Source: Candidatus Hadarchaeota archaeon
Lineage (GTDB): Archaea; CAYQAE01; CAYVLA01
DNA length: 64,000 nt
Direction of reading: 5' to 3'
Assembly: GCA_964621445.1 (NCBI GenBank)
Contig: CAZUNO010000010.1
Coordinates: forward strand, 25,456 to 89,455
Of this stretch, positions 19,465-28,573 are shown piece after piece. Positions within the stretch are counted from its first letter, which is position 1; each line of letters opens with the position of its first letter. Below the pieces are notes generated by a model, which saw only the letters and a program-made list of their open reading frames with translations, ran no database searches and had not been told where the DNA came from. The position numbers and the translations under genes are program-made.

Positions 19465-20316
19465 TTAGACTCCCTCCGATGACAGGAAACTGGGTAATGA
19501 AGTTTGATACTCTCCATTCGTAAAAATCAACACAAGGTGCAGCATGCTTTTCCTGGTGGGGACCATGGCCGGGTTGATAGCAAAGCTAATGAAGATCTGG
19601 TCCTCCTTTTCTAGACCGTCGAAAATCAGCTCTCCTACAGGAGGCGCCTTTTCCATCCTTATGCTGGTCCCCTGCTCAGATACCCTCTGTGAAAACCTAG
19701 TTAGATTTTCGTTTCTCTGAATCGTAATATCTATTATGGATCGATTTCGGTGGAGGAAAAAATCCCGGCTGCCGCGGAAATACTGGAAACCACCACCCTC
19801 TCCTTTGGGATTGAGGAATACATGCCCGGTGTGAAGCGTTCGAGTAACGGGATTGGGGGCAATCACCCTATGGGGATCGGTCAAATCGTGGACCATCCCC
19901 TGGTAATTAGTACCATGGCCAAAAATCTCGAATTCCGTTTCAATAGTTCTATTCCGAACATGAGGGTAGTTTTCCATGCTGGAAATCATGGAATTTAACT
20001 CGGGGATTTCCAGGAATAATTCTGACCAGGAGATATTCTGGGAACGGTTTGTTTGGGGTAGAAGAGATGTCTTATTCTCAAGGCATAGAAAGCTAATCTC
20101 AAGGCGCTCAATTGGTTTTCGTGCGACAAGACCAAGACTATAGGCGTAGCGTCCTTCCTCATTCGGAATCCTATAACCCGAATGGACTGTGGGTAGATTC
20201 CATCCATGCTTAAGGACCTCTATGGGTTCCTCGGGTTTCTCGCCCACGAAAAGGACGAATGCCGCCGTGGATACCACCAGGGCGATGATGATAATGCCGA
20301 GAAGTCGTCTATCCAT
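19465..20316 (-). CDS. N-terminally anchored extracellular hypothetical protein
   Basis: MDRRLLGIIIIALVV anchor after a GGTGA SD; several N-x-S/T sequons; overlaps the upstream stop. Confidence 0.65.
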   Translation of the reverse strand: MDRRLLGIIIIALVVSTAAFVLFVGEKPEEPIEVLKHGWNLPTVHSGYRIPNEEGRYAYSLGLVARKPIERLEISFLCLENKTSLLPQTNRSQNISWSELFLEIPELNSMISSMENYPHVRNRTIETEFEIFGHGTNYQGMVHDLTDPHRVIAPNPVTRTLHTGHVFLNPKGEGGGFQYFRGSRDFFLHRNRSIIDITIQRNENLTRFSQRVSEQGTSIRMEKAPPVGELIFDGLEKEDQIFISFAINPAMVPTRKSMLHLVLIFTNGEYQTSLPSFLSSEGV

Positions 20317-21310
20317 TGTCGAGATCACCCTGGCGTGAAGTTGATGTAAAGCAGTATCTATATACCATAGCCAGTGTTGCTCCCACGGCAAGGATCACCA
20401 GCGCATATCTCAGATAAAGAATTTGCTTTTGGTTTTCCGACGCCCTCCTTACTTGATCCTTGACCTGCATCATTTCCTCTTCATAATCGGTTGAGTCGGA
20501 TTCCCACTGGGTAGATTTGTCCTGATATCGATTCTCTCGATTCCATGCATAAAGGACCGAATTGGAGAACAATATTCTGAATTCTTCTTGGGAGGTGAAA
20601 TGACCGAAATATGTTGGAACATCCGGAATTGAATCTCCGGTAAAACCGGCAAATGTAATGCATGTACCTTGGGATTCGTGGACTAGCAGAGCGGGGGCCC
20701 CGCGGGTCGATTCCCGATAAAGGACCGTGACATCGTTCTCGTTTCCCGGGGGAACAAGCTCCCCGGTTTCCTTATCTATATGCATGATTATTCTTTGAGT
20801 CCGTATTGAGAAGGATCCAATATCCTGGTTTATTTTATTCCTCTCATCAATATTCAGTGTGTGGGAAAATGTACCGGAGTTCCTATCGTATTCACCGGTC
20901 AAGTAGTAACTTGCATTTAGGGCAAACACGTCATTACTGGCATTGCGCGTTGTTGACTGCCAGCCCGCAAAACCCATTCCGATGATTCCTCCACCTTCAT
21001 CAAAGAAGGTTTTGAGATGTTCCCCCATTCCCTCGTCCTTATCGTGATTAAAGACTCCAACCAAAACCTTGACATAGGGAAAATAGATCATGGCTCTAAA
21101 CAGTTCTGGGTCCGAAAGCACGATCACTTCGGCTTCAAGCCTTGAATCTGACCTGATGATATTGGCCAACTCTTCTCCATAACCTCTATTTCCTTGAGAA
21201 TAGATGAGGACCAAAGGCATAGGGTCCCCTGTTTTCTCCCCAAAAGCAGCGATCGGAAATAATGAAGAAAGGGCAAACAGGCAAAGGAATATGCTGACCA
21301 GGCTTTTCAC
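20309..21310 (-). CDS. Secreted GATase/ThuA-like fold protein with C-terminal TM
   Basis: Signal peptide; LKTFFDEGGGIIGMG, typical of class I GATase-like folds; coiled region then TM. Confidence 0.6.
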   Translation of the reverse strand: MKSLVSIFLCLFALSSLFPIAAFGEKTGDPMPLVLIYSQGNRGYGEELANIIRSDSRLEAEVIVLSDPELFRAMIYFPYVKVLVGVFNHDKDEGMGEHLKTFFDEGGGIIGMGFAGWQSTTRNASNDVFALNASYYLTGEYDRNSGTFSHTLNIDERNKINQDIGSFSIRTQRIIMHIDKETGELVPPGNENDVTVLYRESTRGAPALLVHESQGTCITFAGFTGDSIPDVPTYFGHFTSQEEFRILFSNSVLYAWNRENRYQDKSTQWESDSTDYEEEMMQVKDQVRRASENQKQILYLRYALVILAVGATLAMVYRYCFTSTSRQGDLDNG

Positions 21311-21420
21311 GTTCTCGAGGTGGCTTTCTCCTCATTTTTAAGTATTGCTGGGATCATCCCTCAAATAAGCTTCAGAAATAGCGGACTCTGCATTTTTTTT
21401 GTTACCCTATGCGAATTCAA

Positions 21421-22305
21421 TCAGGTCCCCACGATCAATTTCCTGGTGTAAGATAGTGATCTGCTGGCTAGCCTGTCTAGGTTGTCCTCCGAGGTTCCTC
21501 CTTCCACCGTGGAGCACATCTCGTATGAGAGGAATCCATCGAAACCGACCTCCTTAAGTGAGTTTATGAAGGTCCCATAATCGACGGCTCCAGTTCCCAT
21601 GGGCACGGCTAGGACCCGTCTAAATGTGAAGTAGTCGCCTTTACTCCGTCCATACACGAACCTATAGTCGCTGGTATGGCTGTGCATGATCAAGTCACCA
21701 CACTTCCGGACGGACTTGGAGAGGTTCTCCCCCCTCTCAGCCAGGAGAGGGGCATCTAAAATTACTCCAAGAGATTTTGACCCGATCTCTTTAACCAGAG
21801 CCAATATCTCATCGGTGTACGAAGCCAGTGAGGAGTGATTCTGGAGCCCGATTCTGACCCCCTTATCACCGGCCATGTCACAAGCTTCACCCAGGCTTTC
21901 CACCATCCAGCTCCACTGCTTTTCGAAGGGAACCCCAGGATGCCGGTACCCGGAGTAGACCCTGACAAGGGGGCAATTCAATTCTCTAGCCATGTCCAGA
22001 ACGGAATCCAGGTACACGAGTTCCTTCTCCAGTGGGGCCATATCCGGATGCTCCATTCCCCGCGAGAAATCATGATAGCTTGCGAGACATGATATTTCTA
22101 GCCCTGATGACTCTACCTCATCTCTAATCTCGGTTAGCTCGGACCGACTGAAGTCCAAGGGAGACAAATGAGGCCGCTTTGCCATTAATTCTATACCGTC
22201 AAAGCCCAATTTCTGAGCTTTTCGAATGAATTCCGAGACTGATAGTACAGTCTCCGCTCCCCATACGCCGGAATATCCTACAGAATGCAAAGCAACCTTC
22301 ATCAT
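21421..22305 (-). CDS. Sugar phosphate isomerase/epimerase (AP endonuclease 2 TIM barrel)
   Basis: GFDGIEL, LQNH, ILD, HTSD, PMGTG.VD, GFDG.LSYE. Confidence 0.88.
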   Translation of the reverse strand: MMKVALHSVGYSGVWGAETVLSVSEFIRKAQKLGFDGIELMAKRPHLSPLDFSRSELTEIRDEVESSGLEISCLASYHDFSRGMEHPDMAPLEKELVYLDSVLDMARELNCPLVRVYSGYRHPGVPFEKQWSWMVESLGEACDMAGDKGVRIGLQNHSSLASYTDEILALVKEIGSKSLGVILDAPLLAERGENLSKSVRKCGDLIMHSHTSDYRFVYGRSKGDYFTFRRVLAVPMGTGAVDYGTFINSLKEVGFDGFLSYEMCSTVEGGTSEDNLDRLASRSLSYTRKLIVGT

Positions 22306-22491
22306 ATCGCCATCTAATTATTACCCAACTAATTTGAAAAGCTTGCCCCTGGACCTCTTAGCATATACCATTTGAATCTAGTATAGGATCATATCATCAC
22401 TTACCCCGGTATACCTGCAATAATGATATTGAGGAGGGATACAGGCCTGGGAACAAAGTACTGCTAGATTAAAGTTCTGGGAGGATCAACT

Positions 22492-23253
22492 TCATTTCAA
22501 TCTGTAGTATATCCTCCGATTATTCTTTCCCTTGTTCTTTGCTTTTATGAAGACAACCTCCCCAACTTCCTTAAGGTTTCGGACATGGCAACCGCCATCA
22601 GCCTGTTTATCGATCCCTTCTATCTCGACAATTCTCAACTTCTCTATCTTGGGTGGAAGAGCCGAGGCCAGCTTAACCACTTCCGGTATTTTCATGGCTT
22701 CGGACCTGGGTAGCCAATAGGAGTTCACCGGTATATCCTGCTTGAAAAGTTCATTGGCTCGATCGATATACTCTTGGAACATATCCTTGTCAAAATCCTC
22801 AAGATCAAAATCAAACCTGCTCCTATCAACCTCGATATTATTTCCTGTAACCAGAGCTCCCGTTTCCTGGCAGATGAGAGATATGAGAGCATGTGCCGCG
22901 GTGTGACTACGCATCAGAGTATGACGTCTATCCCAGTCAAGGATGCATTTGACCTCATCTCCTGCCTCAAGGCCTTCCCTGTTTACCTCATGTGAAATTT
23001 TGCCGGAGAATTTGCCAACGTACTCCACTTCAAAAATTTCCTCCCCCCTGATTATTTTTCCTTTGTCATAGTCAACCCCTCCGCTCTTCGGGTAGAATAT
23101 TGTTCTGTCCAGAACAACGTACTTATCATCCTTTACCGACTTCACTGTCGACTTGCATTCTCGCTTGTAGCAATCCTGGAGGTACAAAGGGATATCCGCC
23201 GGCGGTTCACAGCCTTTCATAATTCTTCCTCGTAAGTAGAGCGATTTGAACAC
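22492..23253 (-). CDS. alaXM: Alanyl-tRNA editing protein AlaX-M (copy 2); true start uncertain (probably 23220 or later)
   Basis: LDRTIFYP.SGG, HTAAH, QADGGCHV, NKGKNNRRIY. Confidence 0.92.
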   Translation of the reverse strand: MFKSLYLRGRIMKGCEPPADIPLYLQDCYKRECKSTVKSVKDDKYVVLDRTIFYPKSGGVDYDKGKIIRGEEIFEVEYVGKFSGKISHEVNREGLEAGDEVKCILDWDRRHTLMRSHTAAHALISLICQETGALVTGNNIEVDRSRFDFDLEDFDKDMFQEYIDRANELFKQDIPVNSYWLPRSEAMKIPEVVKLASALPPKIEKLRIVEIEGIDKQADGGCHVRNLKEVGEVVFIKAKNKGKNNRRIYYRLK

Positions 23254-23363
23254 AAATAGATTTTACCGTCCTTATGGCATGTAACCTTAATTCCGGGGCG
23301 TTATTGGGAGCAACGCAACAGAGAAATAGGACCCTTTTCGGAGAAGTCATTGGAGAATCAGAG

Positions 23364-24185
23364 ATGGATCTCGAAGTAAGATATCATATGATGCGCCCCG
23401 AACAGGTGGTAGAACGACGAAGAGATTGTCCCGTTGCCTATATCCCGATTGGTAATCTCGAGTGGCATGGCGTCCATAACCCTATGGGTTCCGATACCTT
23501 ACAGGCCGAGGGTTTAGCCATAATGTGTGCCCAAAAAGGGGGAGGATTGGTCTTTCCCCCATTATATTATGGAGAGAGCAGACTGGAGTCCTTGATGGAA
23601 GCCACCTCCTCCGACAGAGGGGAAATCGCCAGGGGAATGGAACTTTCACCGGATAACTTTTCTCCGCAATGTCACCCCTTTGGCAAGACCGAGCAGGTTT
23701 TAAATTATCAGAAACTCCTAATCCACATCCTGGCAGAGGCCGAATCATTGGGTTTTGAATTGGGGGTCCTCGTAGCCGGGCACTATCCGTTAATAGACCA
23801 TGCGAGGTCAGCGGTGCTCATCTTCAATCAAAGACACTATAGTAAGCGCCAGGGAATGCTGGCCTGGGCCTTTGTGGACTATCTTTTGATAAACGAACAA
23901 TATCCTGAAGCCGGTGATCATGCCGGCGGTTGGGAAACCTCTCACCTGCTAGCTCTACACCCTGACTCGGTGGAATTGGATGCACTTCCACCGAATGGGG
24001 AGAAAATCGTTGGTACTGGGTGGTCGATGGATCCCAGAGATTCAAACGCCAGCTTTGGAAGGGAAACCCTGGAAGCAGCAGCCGAAATCGCGGTCCGGAA
24101 GGTTAAGCATAGGCTTGAAAATAAACATATTTACCGCCAACATGGCTGTTCACTACAGGAGGGGTTGTGGAAGGAGAAAGATTGA
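23364..24185 (+). CDS. Creatininase family amidohydrolase
   Basis: PIGNLEWHG.HNP.GSD, AGH, DHAG.WETS. Confidence 0.88.
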   Translation: MDLEVRYHMMRPEQVVERRRDCPVAYIPIGNLEWHGVHNPMGSDTLQAEGLAIMCAQKGGGLVFPPLYYGESRLESLMEATSSDRGEIARGMELSPDNFSPQCHPFGKTEQVLNYQKLLIHILAEAESLGFELGVLVAGHYPLIDHARSAVLIFNQRHYSKRQGMLAWAFVDYLLINEQYPEAGDHAGGWETSHLLALHPDSVELDALPPNGEKIVGTGWSMDPRDSNASFGRETLEAAAEIAVRKVKHRLENKHIYRQHGCSLQEGLWKEKD

Positions 24186-24232
24186 TCCTTTTATCTCCAT
24201 TAAATCCAGTTTAGAGATGAGGGGATGAAGCA

Positions 24233-24778
24233 TTGAACTTGACGCTGCTACCGCTAGGAGATCCGGCTTCAAATGTCCTGGACATGCTCTGTATTGGTGT
24301 GCCCAGATGCTTCTACTCGATTTTCACGACCTGCAAGATCCAAGAAGAACAGGACCTCCCAGGGGATGCATACAACCCGGATCGGAATCAATATGATTCC
24401 TCAATTGTATTGAACAACATTGGGCATACCCCCGAATTGCCAAAATCAGGTAAGCTATTAGGTGTCACCCAACGTGATATGTATGCTGGAGATCTCAATT
24501 TCGTGTTCGGCCAGGCCCAATGCCCGGGCTCTATAGCCGTGATCTCCACCCATCGTTTAATTGATACTGATAGGGAAGGGCTATTTCTGGAACGAAATTT
24601 GAAGGAGGCCACACACGAGATAGGGCACACTTTTGGTTTAAGACACTGCTCCAATCAAAGATGCGCCATGAGTTTTTCCAACTCCATCCTGGATGTTGAC
24701 AGAAAGCTGCCCCTTTTTTGCGCGAATTGCAGGAATATGTTGGGTCTAGAATCAAAAAGTAACGCGACATGTTCATAA
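24233..24778 (+). CDS. amzA: Archaemetzincin (Zn metalloprotease M54)
   Basis: AYNP.R.QY, LNFVFGQA, KEATHEIGHTFGLRHC...C.MSFSNS...FC..C. Confidence 0.92.
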   Translation: MNLTLLPLGDPASNVLDMLCIGVPRCFYSIFTTCKIQEEQDLPGDAYNPDRNQYDSSIVLNNIGHTPELPKSGKLLGVTQRDMYAGDLNFVFGQAQCPGSIAVISTHRLIDTDREGLFLERNLKEATHEIGHTFGLRHCSNQRCAMSFSNSILDVDRKLPLFCANCRNMLGLESKSNATCS

Positions 24779-24829
24779 CAATAATACTTTAGAAACATAC
24801 TAAAATATTCAATATAATGCAATAATACG

Positions 24830-24861
24830 GATAAATACGCCAAATTCTTGGCGTATTTATC
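24830..24861. promoter_or_regulatory. Perfect 14-bp inverted repeat (candidate operator or hairpin)
   Basis: GATAAATACGCCAA-ATTC-TTGGCGTATTTATC. Confidence 0.7.
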
Positions 24862-24879
24862 ATTTTTCACACTAAAATT

Positions 24880-24894
24880 CCGAAATATTTATAA
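24880..24894 (+). promoter_or_regulatory. Archaeal BRE + TATA box
   Basis: CCGAAA-TA-TTTATAA in an AT-rich tract; predicted start near 24917-24920. Confidence 0.65.
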
Positions 24895-24917
24895 GATAGT
24901 AGGCAACTCTCAATACG

Positions 24918-25153
24918 AGGATCCGACAGGGTGGATCTGGAGCAATCGGCCATGCAGACCAGCCTCAGTATGTGCCCAAATGAAGTGCCTAACGGAACCT
25001 TCGGAGAAGACACTCAAAGGCTGGTCAACCACGCCCCCCTCCTCGTCTGCCTAGTTCTCGGCTTCTTGTTTCCCTCCCTGCGATAATAGAACTCCCTTCC
25101 CTGAAACCAAATGCAGGGCCGCCCTGCCGTGATCCCCACTTCGATCCAGACCC
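24918..25153. ncRNA. Candidate structured RNA of unknown class (alternatively the mRNA of a 44-aa peptide, 24952-25086 +)
   Basis: Nested complementarity: GGGT-GGATC with GATCC-AG-ACCC; GGCCATGCA with TGCAGGGCC; GACCAGCCT with AGGCTGGTC; inner AAGTGCCT with AGACACTC. Confidence 0.4.
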
Positions 25154-25158
25154 AATTT

Positions 25159-26205
25159 CTATAGGGAGATTATCTCATCCTTAGCGAGGATATATCCTCT
25201 TATCTGGGCCTTTGGAGCATCGTCAACGATGTAATTAACGATGAGGATGGAGTCATCTTCCCTAATACACCACCCAGTGTACCCGGTGTCCGGAGAGGTG
25301 CTTCTATCATAATCTATGGGAAATATGCGACCTCCCGCACCATCTTCTAATCCGTCAAATAGCATCCCGGGGTCCATGATAGCTCCAAGAACTAGGGTGT
25401 TCTTCATCCCTTGTCCTATGTAGCATCTGTAGGTCACAAGAACCTTTTCTTTCCACCACTCGGCAACCGGTCTGTGGCATCCAGGTAGAGGAAGGGTTTC
25501 CGGCTTTTCCCATTCCCCCAGTTCCGGTTTCAATATGGCTTTGTATCCGGGTCGACCTAGGCCGGAGTTCTCCCTCATGATAAATAAAAGGCTCCCTTCA
25601 TGATTCAAAAGCGATCCCTCACATAGGTTCAGATCCGGATCAGCGGCCACGATTGTCGGCTGACACCAGTTCTTCCCATCAGATGATGTCCAGAGCAACT
25701 GTCGAAGATTTCCCGTATATGGTGAGAGATCATGAGTTCCCAGAGCTAAGGTGCCATCGGGAAGATCTCTCACCTTGTCCGGAACGATGCCCTGAACGCC
25801 GGTAGGTTCTGGTCCTTGCCAATTCTGACCGTCATTGCTCCACCACAGGTATACCTCAAATTCCCGGGTGGTTCTTTCGGATTCCGGCCATTTTGTTAAA
25901 TCGCAAGCCAAAACAAAACGATCCCCCATAACCTGCGAAATTCGAGGGCAGTTCCATCCTGCAGTCTTATTCACCGAGCCTCTGGTCTCGGATATTATCT
26001 TTCTCCGGGTCCAGGTGGAACCGCCATCGGTACTGGATCTGGTGACGATGCGAGTAAAATTACCTGGTACATGTCCCTGGCTCTCGCGATAAACGCAGAC
26101 CAGAGTTCCGTCATTCAAACTAACAACATCAGGAAAGCACTCGTAAACCGAGTCATTCCTGGATATCGTAAAGTACTCCAAGAGTACACCGTTACTCAGA
26201 AGCAT
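25159..26205 (-). CDS. BNR/Asp-box beta-propeller, exo-alpha-sialidase-like
   Basis: FPDV, YRES, SSTDGGSTW, SNDGQNW, SSDGKNW Asp boxes, DTGY. Confidence 0.82.
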   Translation of the reverse strand: MLLSNGVLLEYFTISRNDSVYECFPDVVSLNDGTLVCVYRESQGHVPGNFTRIVTRSSTDGGSTWTRRKIISETRGSVNKTAGWNCPRISQVMGDRFVLACDLTKWPESERTTREFEVYLWWSNDGQNWQGPEPTGVQGIVPDKVRDLPDGTLALGTHDLSPYTGNLRQLLWTSSDGKNWCQPTIVAADPDLNLCEGSLLNHEGSLLFIMRENSGLGRPGYKAILKPELGEWEKPETLPLPGCHRPVAEWWKEKVLVTYRCYIGQGMKNTLVLGAIMDPGMLFDGLEDGAGGRIFPIDYDRSTSPDTGYTGWCIREDDSILIVNYIVDDAPKAQIRGYILAKDEIISL

Positions 26206-26249
26206 CCAGACTAATCACCTTTTTGTGTGATCGCCCTGAGAGTCAGGCC

Positions 26250-28409
26250 ATGCCGTTGAAATCAGGAAGTGAGGACTTCGAGAGGAACTGGAGTTTTCAT
26301 ATCGGTGAACTAGGGGAAACGGAGTTCTCGACAATCGATCCATCGAGCTATGAGAAGGTTAGGCTTCCTCACACCTTCAATTCTGGTGACACCTTTGATC
26401 AAAGTAGGGGCTATTACCGGGGTCCCGCATGGTATTTGAAGGAGTTCGACACATGTCATGAACCCGGAAATAGGTATTACCTGAGATTTCACAGAACCTG
26501 GGGATCAAGCAGGATATGGCTAAATGATGTGTATCAGGGCGAATATTACCAGGGGCTTTCCGGTTTTGAGATTGAGGTAACGGATGACATAAAGAGAGGA
26601 CGTAATGTCCTAGCGGTGAGAATTGACAATTCTCACCAGGCCGGTTTACTTCCCGGAAAAACGATACCGGACTATAATGTGTACGGAGGGTTATGTGGAA
26701 ATGTTCAACTGGTAAGTAAACCTGGAGAACACCTAGCTTGGAGGTCCGTATTCTTCAGATCTCTGGACCCCAATCATCCGGAAAAGCTCTCAATAGATTT
26801 GGAAATAGCTAGGGACGGGGACCACGAGGGGGATTCGGCTATCCAGGTATCGATTTGCGATCAAGATGGGGAGGCTGTAGTTGAAAACACCCATCCCATA
26901 CAATCAGGAAAAAACCATGTCCACTTAGTTGAAGAGATTCCCAGTCCGAGTCTATGGTCACCTGATTCACCATACTTGTATGAAGCCAGAATCAGGCTCA
27001 TGAAGGAGGGACAAACCATTGACCAGGAGACCGTAAGTTTTGGAATTAGACACTTTCATTTCGACAGCCAGAATGGATTCAAACTAAATGGAAAACGGGT
27101 CCAACTGCGGGGTGTTAATCGACATGAGGATTTCCCGGGTCTTGGAAACGTTTTGCCGGCTAGATTCAACAATGCGGATGCGGAAATAATAAAGGACCTT
27201 GGTGGTAATTTCGTGCGAACATCTCATTATCCTCAGAGCCCCTCTTTCCTGGAGGCGTGTGATCGGCTTGGAATAATGGTTTACGAGGAGATAACTACCT
27301 GGCAGTTCATAGGAGGAAAGGATTTTCTGAAAAGTGCAGATCGGATTATGGACTCGATGGTCAGGAGGGACAGAAATCATCCCTCGGTCATATTATGGGG
27401 GATGATGAATGAGGGAAGATCTCCCAAGCTCTTAAGGCAATTGAGGACAACCGGGAAAAAATTGGATCCTACCAGGCCCACGATATATGCCGATAATAAG
27501 CTGGACGAGGGCGGTTATCTAGGGACCATATCGATGCCAGATGTGCTGGGCATAAATTACAGTCTGGACGAGATCGAGGATTTCCATGAGGATCATCCAG
27601 AAATAAGGCTCCTGGTAAGCGAACATACCAATGCCGATGGGACCAAACGTGGATGTTCGGAGGCCGAGAAGGAACAGGCACGCCGAATATCCGAAGATCT
27701 AGACATCATCGAATCCAGACCCTTCATTGCCGGCAGCACTCTCTGGTCGATGCACGATTATGGAACTGACTACGAACCGGTGTGGCCCATACAGAAATCC
27801 GGTATACTGGACATCTATAGAAATCCAAAGGAGGCCTACCACATGCTTCGTGCCAGGTGGAGTGAGACTCCCGTTCTTCATCTGGCCTCGGATTGGAATA
27901 ACGCCCACCAGGAGGGTGAAATGGTGGAGGTTAGAGTATACACTAACTGCGAAACAATACAATTATTCCTTGGTGGAGGGCCCGTTGGAGAGAAAAAAGG
28001 AGCCAATCCCCAAATCTGGCAGGTCCCCTTCCGGGATGCCGAACTTAAGGTTATTGGAATTAATGATGGGGTTGAGCCGGTTAGCAGATCCATAATTTTG
28101 CCGGGTGAGCCCGAAAAAATCGAGCTAACCAGTCCAAGAAAAATACGTTCCGATGGAGAGGACTGCATATTGCTGGAAGCCAGGGTTACAGATGGGGAAG
28201 GCATTATGGTGCCGGACCATAGATTTAATATCTACTTTGAATGTGATGGTCCGGGAAGAATTATTGGGATTGGAAATGCCCGGATGGTTCCGACAGTTGA
28301 TGGAATCGCCAATATTGTTCTTTCTTCGGATATCAAGAGGGGTGAGATCGTGGTGACCGCTTCTTCTCATGGGTTAAAAAAGGCGATGAGGAAAGTCGAG
28401 GCTTATTGA
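26250..28409 (+). CDS. Glycoside hydrolase family 2 (beta-galactosidase/glucuronidase-like)
   Basis: LPHT, YYRG.AWY, FGIR, GVNRHED, RTSHYP, RNHPSVILWG..NE acid/base, VSE nucleophile. Confidence 0.93.
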   Translation: MPLKSGSEDFERNWSFHIGELGETEFSTIDPSSYEKVRLPHTFNSGDTFDQSRGYYRGPAWYLKEFDTCHEPGNRYYLRFHRTWGSSRIWLNDVYQGEYYQGLSGFEIEVTDDIKRGRNVLAVRIDNSHQAGLLPGKTIPDYNVYGGLCGNVQLVSKPGEHLAWRSVFFRSLDPNHPEKLSIDLEIARDGDHEGDSAIQVSICDQDGEAVVENTHPIQSGKNHVHLVEEIPSPSLWSPDSPYLYEARIRLMKEGQTIDQETVSFGIRHFHFDSQNGFKLNGKRVQLRGVNRHEDFPGLGNVLPARFNNADAEIIKDLGGNFVRTSHYPQSPSFLEACDRLGIMVYEEITTWQFIGGKDFLKSADRIMDSMVRRDRNHPSVILWGMMNEGRSPKLLRQLRTTGKKLDPTRPTIYADNKLDEGGYLGTISMPDVLGINYSLDEIEDFHEDHPEIRLLVSEHTNADGTKRGCSEAEKEQARRISEDLDIIESRPFIAGSTLWSMHDYGTDYEPVWPIQKSGILDIYRNPKEAYHMLRARWSETPVLHLASDWNNAHQEGEMVEVRVYTNCETIQLFLGGGPVGEKKGANPQIWQVPFRDAELKVIGINDGVEPVSRSIILPGEPEKIELTSPRKIRSDGEDCILLEARVTDGEGIMVPDHRFNIYFECDGPGRIIGIGNARMVPTVDGIANIVLSSDIKRGEIVVTASSHGLKKAMRKVEAY

Positions 28410-28475
28410 GGGAAAAAGGAGATTAGCGGCGATTCGAGGTTCATTTAATTTTAATGACGGACCATCGTTGATGGG

Positions 28476-28501
28476 ACAGGGAAATAAAACCATTTCCCTG
28501 T
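28476..28501. promoter_or_regulatory. Perfect 10-bp inverted repeat upstream of a TATA-like box
   Basis: ACAGGGAAAT-AAAACC-ATTTCCCTGT; CTTATAAG about 45 nt downstream. Confidence 0.55.
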
Positions 28502-28573
28502 ATTTGTAATACCAAATTAAGAAATGATATGTGACGGAGGATAGGCTTATAAGCAATCAAGTGAACGCTTGGA

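Noticed and set aside
24955-25040. GACCAGCCTCAG and GTCAACCAC resemble HEARO/omega-RNA words
   Set aside because: The order is reversed relative to the omega-RNA scaffold as I recall it, and there is no IscB/TnpB/HNH gene nearby.
24918-25153. SRP RNA or RNase P RNA
   Set aside because: No SRP helix-8 GNRA/AGCA motif and no GAGGAAAGUCC or AACAGAA RNase P signatures.
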